Assembly (NCBI GenBank): GCA_951406725.2
Contig: OX597834.1
Coordinates: 31,868,001 to 31,932,000 of the forward strand
Length of the DNA stretch: 64,000 nucleotides
Origin: Octopus vulgaris
Lineage: Eukaryota
Reading direction: 5' to 3'
Shown: in pieces, positions 1 to 9,500 of the stretch
Layout: the number at the start of each line of letters is the position of its first letter
How positions within the stretch are numbered: position 1 is the first letter of the stretch
The notes under the pieces: model-generated
Told to the model about the DNA's origin: nothing
Database searches by the model: none
Seen by the model: only the letters and a program-made list of their open reading frames with translations
Made by a program: the position numbers and the translations under genes

Positions 1-992
1 CCAGACATGTTCTTCATGGAAGACTAGAAATAAAGACCCCACTTGTAGGGTGGTGACGCTTGTTTACTACAGCCATCATGTGATGTCGAGACAAGGATAC
101 ACACAAACAGACAGGCTTCTTTCAGTTTTCCTCTACCAAATCCACGCTTGTGACTTTGGTCTGCCTGGAGCTGTAGTAGGAGACACTTCCCCAGGGTGCT
201 ATGCAGTGGGACAGAATCTGGAGTCACATGACTGGGAAGCAAACTTCTTAATTAGGTTGTAGCACCTGTGTATGAAGAATATTGGTTAATCAATGACTTG
301 GCTATCCACTACAGTGATAGCCTACTCTATGACTGCTTTATATAAAGGATGAATATTTTATGCTGTTGATTGGGGAAGGAAACCAGATACAACTTCTGTA
401 TTGGAGAAGCATCTGGGGTAACTGCTCTTGCTCTTTGTTTTATATGAAGTGGAAGTGTTTAGTGGTGTCCTGTGATCCAAACAAAGTTAAAATAATCTCC
501 TCTCTCTCTTTACTCATCTGTCTGTCTGTTGTTTATACATCTCTCACAGACTTCTCTCTCTGGGCTGTCTGTTTTATCTACTAAAATCTAAATACATTTT
601 CATACACAATACTACACTCTGATACACACACACACACTCATTGTTCACATTGCACTCGTGATATTCCATTCACACACACACACATCACACACTCAACTCC
701 ACTTAACATTCACAAGCCCACTCGCCCACACACATCCTCCACAGCAACCGCATCATGTATACACAACACACAATCCACTCAATACTACCCCCTACACACA
801 GTCTACTACTACTCTACAGAACACACACACATGGCTCAACACAGATCCCATGCACACAAACACACACAATATACTCCACACAGCATTGCCCACCATGCCA
901 TCCACATCCACCAGCCCAAGTAACAGCACTGGACATTTTTATTTCTTTATTCATGGAGTTATTAATTATATTATTAATAAGGTGGTCTAAGG

Positions 993-1380
993 TCTTTTAC
1001 TTGTTTCAGTCATTTGACTGCGGTCATGCTGGAGCACCGCCTTTAATCGAGCAACTCGACCCCAGGACTTATTCTTTTGTAAGCCCAGTACTTATTCTAT
1101 CGGTCTCTTTTGCCGAACTGCTAAGTAACGGGGACATAAACACACCAGCATCAGTTGTCAAGCACTGCTAGGGGGACAAACACAGACACACAAACAAGCA
1201 TATATATATATACATATATACGACGGGCTTCTTTCAGTTTCCGTTTACCAAATCCACTCACAAAGCTTTAGTCAGCCCGAGACTATAGTAGAAGACATTT
1301 GCCCAAGGTGCCACGCAGTGGGACTGAACCCAGAACCATGTGGTTGGTAAACAAGCTACTTACCACACAGCCACTCCTGC
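993..1380 (-). mobile_element. SINE family A (about 390 bp; tRNA-like head, internal TA/TG tract, (GTAAAAGA)n tail)
   Basis: Near-identical to the copies at 2521, 6698, 16207, 17259 and 22087. Confidence 0.85.
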
Positions 1381-2000
1381 TGGACGAAATGCTTAACGGT
1401 ATTTCACCCATTGCTACACTCTAAGTTCAAATTCTGCCGAGGTTGACTTTGCCTTTCATCCTTTCGGGATTGATAAAATAAGTACCAGTTAAACACTGGG
1501 GTCGATGTAATCGACTCATCCCCACCTCCCCCAGCTGCCCTTGTGGCAAAAATCTGAAATAATAATTAATAAGGTGATGAGCAGGTAGAATTGTCAGCCA
1601 GCCTTGCCAGACAATTTCATCTGTCATTACATTCTGAGTTCAAATCCCACCAAGGTCTACTTTGCCTTTCATTTTTCCAGGGTCAATAAATTAAGTACCA
1701 AACAAGCAGCCCTGGGGGCCGATGTGATCAAACTTGGCCCCTCCCCCAGTATTTCAGACCCTGTGCCTTACAATAGATACGAATAAAATATTCGTGTTTG
1801 CAGCCTTTTTTATATATGAGTGTGCCTTGTGAATCGTGGGTAACAGAAATATCCTTACCTCACACACAGCGCTACAACCTGTGACCCAAGGAACTGCACT
1901 CAACGATTTTATTTATGTGTTTGTTTATTTGTGTATTTATTATTTTTTGTGTTTGTTTATTTGTGTATTTCTTATTTTTAAAATTATTCTTGTTTTGCAG

Positions 2001-2195
2001 CATTTGTACATCAGTGTGTTGCTGACAGTCCTGTGGACCCTGGGTAACTTGATCTACTGCATGCGGAGCACTGAGTGGGGTGGCTACATGGAAACACGGA
2101 GCAAGCTGAACAACTTCCTTCACACCGATTTCGTCATCACGCTGATATTTGGAATCATGTTTTATGCCTATCCCGTTTGGCTTTTGAGAGTTCAG
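2001..2195 (+). CDS. Internal coding exon of an uncharacterised multi-pass membrane protein gene (5' exons presumably upstream of the window)
   Basis: ttgttttgcag acceptor and cag|gtaaaa donor. 195 nt, phase 0/0. Encodes HLYISVLLTVLWTLGNL...FGIMFYAYPVWLLRVQ and joins in frame to 3449. Confidence 0.85.
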
Positions 2196-2520
2196 GTAAA
2201 AATGCGAAAAATCAGAAAACACAGAATTTCAGTGTTTGTGTTTTTTGACAATTATTCTGAAAGATTTGGGGTCATTGTTCATGTGGTGGCCCCTTTGTGT
2301 TTCCTTAGTATTTCATTCTTTTACTTGTTCCAGTCATATGACTGTGGCCATGCTGGAGCACCAACTTCAAGGGTTTCAGTCGAACAAATCGACCCCCAAG
2401 GCTTTTTGCAAGCTTACTATTTATTCTATCAGTCTCTTTTGACAAACCACTAAGTTACAGAGATGTAAACACACCAACACTGGTTGCCAAGCAGTGATGG
2501 TGGGGGACAAACACACATAT

Positions 2521-2897
2521 ACTCTTTACTCTTTTACTTGTTTCAGTCATTTGACTGCGGCCATGCTGGAACACCGCCTTTAATCGAGCAAATTGACCCC
2601 GGGATTTATTCTTTGTAAGCCCAGTATTTATTCTATCTGTCTCTTTTGCCAAACCGCTAAGTGACGGGGACGTAAACACACCAGCATCGGTTGTCAAGCA
2701 ATGCTAGGGGGACAAACACAGACATATATATATATGACAGGCTTCTTTCAGTTTCCGTCTACCAAATCCACTCACAAGGCATTGGTCGGCCCGGGGCTAT
2801 AGCAGAAGATACTTACCCAAGATGCCACACAGTGGGACTGAACCCGGAACCATGTGGTTCGTAAGCAAGCTACTTACTACACAGCCACTTCTGCGCC
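2521..2897 (-). mobile_element. SINE family A, full length (partial older copy immediately upstream, about 2318-2520)
   Basis: Head GGCGCAGAAGTGGCTGTGTAGT...GGTTCAGTCCC (A/B-box-like) on the minus strand; colinear with the other copies. Confidence 0.85.
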
Positions 2898-3101
2898 TAT
2901 ATATATAAATGGGCTTCTTTCTGTTTCCATCTGGTTGGCCTGAGGCTATAACTGAAGAGGCTTGCACAAGGTGTCACACAGTAAGACTGAACCTGTGACT
3001 GTTCTGTTGGAAAGCAGACTCCTTACTGCACAACCAGGCCTGCTCTTCCTGTGAGACGATAGTTATTTAATGGCCATAACCCAGAAGATGCCATAGATAC
3101 T

Positions 3102-3325
3102 TAACCCTTTAGCATTCAGATTTCTCTGTCAAGTGTAATCCTTCTTTATTCACATTGTTTTGTATTAGTCATGGATTATCTTGTAGATTCGAGACTTCAA
3201 TGATGTGAATGTTTGTTTTGAATGACATTGTAGGGTAGGTGTGAGAGGCTGGATCTGGCTGGTTTGAACATAAAACAGGTGGAATATTTGGGCCAAATAG
3301 AGCCGGCTTAAATGCTAAAGGGTCA
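3102..3325. mobile_element. piggyBac-like MITE (about 220 bp)
   Basis: ttaa-CCCTTTAGCATT...AATGCTAAAGGG-tcaa. Related copies at 21887-22498 (split by SINE A), 48862-49090, 56745-56962 and 59935-60161. Confidence 0.75.
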
Positions 3326-3448
3326 AATACTCTAAATGTTTTGTTGCTTTCCTACTATTTTAACTAAAACAAATTGTTTATTTTATTTTTATTTTTTTCT
3401 TGTTGTTGTTACTAAGAGATTGAAGATCAACATGTTTCTCTCCTGCAG

Positions 3449-3595
3449 ACTTCTTTACCAAGATTAAACGTTGTTCACGCTCATTTGTACCGTCTGTTTG
3501 GTTCAGCCCTCATGAGTTCAGCAATCATTTCAGGACGTGCCTCTAATTTTCTCATAGCCTCCGACAAACGCGTTCAGCTGTACACCAGAGTTCTG
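3449..3595 (+). CDS. Internal coding exon, same membrane protein gene
   Basis: tttctctcctgcag acceptor and ctg|gtaagt donor. 147 nt, phase 0/0. Encodes TSLPRLNVVHAHLYRLFGSALMSSAIISGRASNFLIASDKRVQLYTRVL. Confidence 0.85.
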
Positions 3596-4030
3596 GTAAG
3601 TAAACTAACCAATCTTGAACAAATATCTTTGGAAGTTTTAAAGCTGTATTTAAAAGAGAGGAAAAAAAAAAAAGGAAACTAGTCTGTTTTTCCATGCTTG
3701 CAAGGGTTGGACAAAATTTGAGGCAGATTTTCTACAGCTGGATGCTCTTCCTGTTGCCAACCCTCACCTGTTTCCAAGTCAGTTGATAATATTTCCTCCA
3801 AAGTCCCTTTTAAACAGCTCAATGGCTGGACATGTTTTTGCAACAGATTGTAAAAGTCCCCTCTGTGGGGTAGTTGGTGTTAGGAAGGGCATCCAGCCAT
3901 AAAAACTATGCCAAAATGAACACAGAAGTCTTCTACCTGGCCAGCTCCTGTCAAACCATCCAAGCTATGCCAGCATGGAAAACAGACGTTAAACAATGGT
4001 AATGATGGTTGTATAAGCAATGACACCATT

Positions 4031-4132
4031 TGTTCAGCCCTGATGAATTGGGCAATTATCTTGGAACATGCCTCTAGATTTCTCATAACTTCTGACCAAT
4101 GTATCCAGTTGTACATCAGAGTATGTAGTAAG
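4031..4132 (+). pseudogene. Degenerate intronic duplicate of the 3' part of exon 3449-3595
   Basis: Ungapped match of 4031-4123 to 3500-3592 (69/93 nt by hand count): CSALMNWAIILEHASRFLITSDQCIQLYIRV vs GSALMSSAIISGRASNFLIASDKRVQLYTRV. Followed by gtaag; no acceptor, as the 5' side is SINE sequence. Confidence 0.8.
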
Positions 4133-4305
4133 ACCTCTAGATATTACTGTCTTATGTCCTCAGACAGACTATTCAGATCAGTTATCCTGTTTCTATGGCA
4201 TAGGAGTGACTGAGGTCACAACGTTCCCCCTGGATGGGACGCTAGTCTGTTGCAGGATTACTCACTTTTGCCAATTGAATGGATGGAACAACACGAATTG
4301 AAGTA

Positions 4306-4676
4306 CAGTTCCATATTTAAGAGATGAGGAATTATGTACATTATTTACATTTGACGGATATTTGTCCTCATCTTGTTTGTTGTTAACTTTTCGGCTGATA
4401 TACCCTCCAGCTTTCATCAGGTGTCTTGGGGGAAATTTCGAACCTGTGTTCTCATTCCTAAGGTATTTTATGATATTATTATTATTATTCAGGTCACTGC
4501 TTGGAATCGAACTTGGAATCTTGGGGTTAGTAGCCCGTGCTCTTATCCAATATGCCTGGGTATATGGTGTAGTGGTTAAGAGCGTGGGCTACTAACCCCA
4601 AGATTCCAAGTTCGATTCCAAGCAGTAACCGGAATAATAATATCGCAAAATACCATAGGAATAAGAACCTGGGGTT
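4306..4676. mobile_element. tRNA-headed element in head-to-head inverted arrangement; the minus-strand copy carries a degenerate hammerhead-like motif
   Basis: About 4441-4556 is the reverse complement of about 4566-4676 (tggtgtagtgg A box, gttcgattcc B box). CTGATGA...GAAA on the minus strand at 4420-4389. Confidence 0.7.
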
Positions 4677-4956
4677 ATAGCAAGTGCCATTCAGTGTGAT
4701 TGAACCCAAGGCCACATGGTTGGGAAACAAACTTTTTAACCACATAGCCATGTCTGCTCCCCTGAGCCTGGTGTTTCCCTCCAGAGTTGATAAAGTAAAG
4801 TGCCAGTGAGAACTGGGTATGATGCATCTCTCCTGGGTCTGTAAAATAAAGTACCAGTCAAGGCTGATGGTATCAAGTACCCCAGGCCCTTAAAAAAGAT
4901 TTGCTGGCTCTTTCTTGTCCCTTTAATTTATTCTGTTTTGCTTGTTCTATTTTCAG

Positions 4957-5118
4957 ATCAATGTTGGATTAATTATCCTGTTTTTAGTGACGTACTTCAG
5001 CACTGCTAAACACAATGACTGGTCAGTCCCCAACACACCTTTCATACTCGGGGTCGTCGGTATCTGGACCCTCAATGCTTTCTGTGGCAGCTATTCATTA
5101 GCTTATTTCAAAAACTGA
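4957..5118 (+). CDS. Terminal coding exon, same membrane protein gene
   Basis: ttctattttcag acceptor; 162 nt ending in TGA. Encodes INVGLIILFLVTYFSTAKHNDWSVPNTPFILGVVGIWTLNAFCGSYSLAYFKN*, with two hydrophobic segments. Confidence 0.8.
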   Translation: MNVGLIILFLVTYFSTAKHNDWSVPNTPFILGVVGIWTLNAFCGSYSLAYFKN

Positions 5119-6474
5119 AACCTTTCAACCAGCACATTCGTTTGAGAAGAACTTTGAGAATTTAAGTATTTTTTTTCTCTTAGTCAGTGTGTAAAATGAA
5201 AAAAAAAAAAAAAGAATTGAGATTTTAAAAGAGAATTTTTTAAAGGATCTGCAAAAAAATTTTTTAAAGTGCTGCCAAACATTTTGTGTAATTATTAAAT
5301 TCACACACATACACCAGCCCTTACATGAAGCACACACACACACACACATGCCCTTACATGAAAATCAGATTTTTATGCTGATATCTGCTGGTGTTCCCTT
5401 TAACCCTTCAGAATCTCAATAGTTTGGTAAAGCTGAAGGAATCGGAATCCTTTATCAAATTCTCTTACAGCAGCAATATATATTTTTTTAAATGTGTAAC
5501 GAGAGAAACTTCTACGAAAAAAAAAGATTTTTAATTTTTTTTTTTTTTTTTAAATTTTGTTTTGGCTATTTATTAACGTCTTTTTATGTCTTGTAACAAC
5601 AAAAACCCAAATTACACTTAAAACGAAGAATGTCCTTTTTTATTATTATATGATTTAGCTCCAATTTACCGTTTTTTTTCTCCCCCACCTTCTCTGCTTG
5701 TTTTTATATCTCCATAGATATTTTTGACCATTTCTCATCATGCTCTCTAATTCCATCCATTACCGTCTTCACCCCAAAACGAAATCCTTTTTTTAACGAC
5801 AATTTCACCAGTAATTCATTTTGAAATAACTTCCCCCCCCCCCATTTTTAACAGACATTTTCCTTTTTCTAAACTTAGTTTGAATTTGAAAAAAAAAAAT
5901 AATAAATGGCTATAACATTGTTTCTTCATTATTTCATTAGATTTTGTTTTCTTTCAATTTACTTCTTAGGTGGGTTGGTTTCTAAAGGGTTCAAGAACCT
6001 ATTGTTTTTGACTAGGGACCAGGAGTTTGTGGTGATTTACTATACTTTAGATGTGTCAAGCTCAGTAAAAACACTCACCCATGCATACAGGTTTGTTCTT
6101 TACATTGTCACATAATGCTAAGAGGCATTTCTTGTAGCTTTCTGTTCTAAGTTTAACTTCCACCAAGGTTAACGTTGCATTTCGTCCTCTTGCACTCCCT
6201 TAACATATCAAGCCTTGTACTTACGAGAAAGAAGAAAATATTTCAAATAAAAGAAGCACAGCAGATATGTATCAAAATTAAAATTTAATAGAAGTAAAAA
6301 AAAATCAATTAGAATTTTTTACGAGTTTAAAATCGATTGGAAGAAATGAAAATGAATTAGAATTTGTAGATGTTTAAAACCGGTAATAAAAAAAATTGTA
6401 GATTTTTCTGATTATGTTTAAATGACATTTTTTTAGAAAAAAATATTTTCTCTGCTGAATGACTGTAAAACCAT

Positions 6475-6574
6475 TCAGTTTAGCATCTTTTTGGCTGCTA
6501 CCCATTTCTTAATCATTTCTTCTTCTTTGGCTCGGACTTCAATCACACTGGCTGAATCCTTCGGATGGGGCCCT
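6475..6574 (-). CDS. DPP7: DPP7 exon 12 (terminal)
   Basis: tttgcag acceptor; [32 protein letters not shown] (TGA at 6477-6475). Confidence 0.93.
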
Positions 6575-9500
6575 CTGCAAAGATAATACATACATTTTTT
6601 AAACAAGAGACAGTGGAAGAGAAGGAGTAAAGTAAAATAATGATTTATGACTCATTCTTGCAGTCTTAACTCTGTCGAATGCAATCCTTATTTATTACTC
6701 TTTTACTTGTTTCAGTCATTTGACTGCGGCCATGCTGGAGCACCGCCTTCAGTCGAGCATATCGACCCTGGGACTTATTCTTTGTAAGCCCAGTACTTAT
6801 TCTATCAGTCTCTTTTGCCGAACCACTAAGTGACGGGGACGTAAACACACCAGCATCGGTTGTCAAGCAATGCTAGGGGGACAAACATACACACACATAC
6901 ACATATATACGCCGGGCTTCTTTCAGTTTCCGTCTACCAAATCCACTCACAAGGCATTGGTTGGCCTGGGGCTATAGCAAAAGACACTAGCCCAAGATGC
7001 AGTGGGACTGAACCCGGAACCATGTGGTTGGTTAGCAAGCTACTTGTCACTCATGCCAATTTGAACACAAAACAATATTTGGACAGGATCTGACCAGTTC
7101 AAATGTTAAAGGGCTAAAGTTAATTTACTAAGGCATTTTTAGATGAGATTTCCATAGTTAAAAAAAAAAACTAGGTGTGGATAAAAATCTTCAGTTTCTG
7201 AACTAAACACTTGTGATTCTGTTAATTCCACATATTGGTTTGAATTAATCATGCATTATCTCATAGCTTCATAATTTCAATGATGGGATTGTTTATTTGT
7301 AGAATGACATTGTACAAGTTCAAATCTCAACAGAATATAAGGAAAATAACAGTGAAATACAAGGCACAACAGAAAAACCACCCATATTTTATAAATGTCC
7401 TATGGTGTGGGGTTGTTGAAGTTAGATGGGTGGTGATAGTGTTTTCATGCAACTAATGTTTTGCTATTTTCTTTTTCAGTTGACATGGTTTGGATTGGTG
7501 CATATTGTGTGTTTGCTATTGAAATGTTTGTCTAAAATTGTGAATCTGGGATTTTTTTTTTTTTTTTTTTGCTGAGAGATTATTATAATGTGAAGTGCCA
7601 CCTACCTGAGGTCAAAATGATGCGCTCCACCTTTAACCATGAAGGCCACTACTGAAGGTGAAACAGATTTCAAAACCTGAAATGTTATAGATAAGATGTT
7701 TAAGATTATAAGAAGAAAAAAAGGTAAAAAAAAGAGAAAGTTGTATCAGGATTTTGAGCAAGAAGCTCTTCATATTGAAACAGAAAATTTTAAAAACAAA
7801 AACAAAACAATTAGAAAATTAACATTTAAGCATATGTACAACGTTTGAAGCTACAGAGACAACCACAAAGTGGCTTTGGACCCATAGATTGTAGCTTGCT
7901 AGGAAGCAAGTTGGTGTCTGATTAACCCTGGCGAGTTCACCTGGGTGAGGTTGTTTTGTGTTGGAAGACCTGAAGACCACAGGTTTCTAAAGACGTCTCA
8001 TTCTGAAAATGTATCTTGCATAAAGACGATTAAACATTTTTTCCCCCTTTTATTATTGCTTCACCTGATATGCAATTGTCAGAGCTCTTACTTGTGAGGA
8101 CAGCATTACTTGTGATAGGATATGAACTTACGAACTGGTCAACCAAAACAGAGTAGCATTTTCCTTAAACTGAATTTTGGTCACGAAGTCAGGAAGAGTT
8201 ACCTCCCTTACCTGGAATTGCTTAAGATAGGTTTTTTTTCCCCCCACTACGAACTTATAATAAATCTCTATCTTACCCTCTTCCCATCAAATGGATTGGA
8301 TGTGATAAAATTTCAAATTCCAAGGATAAGATCTACACAAATCACATCTGTCTACGATATAAGCAGCAGTTATTTATACAAACACTTCTAATCTTAAAGA
8401 TGAGAAGCTGAAAGTCTAGAAATGCTGCAGATGGATTTAAGAACATCACTGTCCCCAACAACCTACTAGGAACCCATATAAAAAGATGAAAAAAATCCCA
8501 ATAGAAAACTTAAAACTAGAACATAGATATGCTTTGAATACATGTCCGAAATTATCGCAGTTAAACACACAAAATGGCGGTGGTTTAGCGATATGACCAG
8601 AGTCGAGAAGATTTACCTCCCTTGCCTAGATATGGCGCTCAGGTTAGATTTACGAATTTTCATAAATTTTTCGGTAAACACAGCATCCTAACGTCTTCTT
8701 TTGTTGGCTGTCATTCGTGAACGAGTACAACTTGCTAGCAGAAACTTTGCTTCCCAAGGGTCTGGACCTATAAAATTTGCTTCAATGAATTCCAGCTGAG
8801 CCATACACAGAAAAGCAGATAATAAAATAATGATGAGATCATATATATGCCAAGTGGGATTAAAGCTACGTGGTCAAGCTTCCATCTGAATCTTCACTTC
8901 ACAGCTCCCGTTATGCTGGGTGGGATATGTGACTTGTATAAGAGAACACTAGGGTCCCCAAGACTGCTCTATAGTGTTCTTAGCCACACACTCATGCTTG
9001 CCTTATTGCTCCTTGGAGCTTACAATAAAGGACAATTTCCCCAAGGTGCCACATAGTGGGATTGAACTCAAAAACCACGTTTGTGAAGTGAACTTCTTAA
9101 GCAGCCAGCCATGGCTCCAGCAGACAGTAGAATGGATATCATCATCATCATTGTTTTAATGTCCCCTTTTCCATGCTAGTATTGGTCACAGAAAACTTGT
9201 TGAGGCAGACTTTCTGCAGCCAGGTACCCTTCCTGTCAGTAAACCCAATAATTTAATCTCTTCCCATCTAATATTAAACAGGCTGAATGTGAATGAATTC
9301 CAAATACCTGTGATAAAATCCAAATAAACCACATTTACCTACCATAAAAAAGGCAGCTATTTATACAGAAATAATACTTTAAATCCTGAAGATGAAACTG
9401 TGATGGTCCTGAAGTGTTGATGGATTTAGGAACTTGACTGTTGCAAAGAACTCACAATTACAACATAAACATGGCTTTAATATTTGTTTGAAGAAAAAGC

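Noticed and set aside
4565-4632. tRNA gene
   Set aside because: A and B boxes are present but there is no proper acceptor stem; it is the head of a repeat element.
9339-9408. Alternative DPP7 exon 11 (AG...GT bounded, 70 nt, slight 5' similarity)
   Set aside because: In-frame stops, wrong phase and no GAHH motif.
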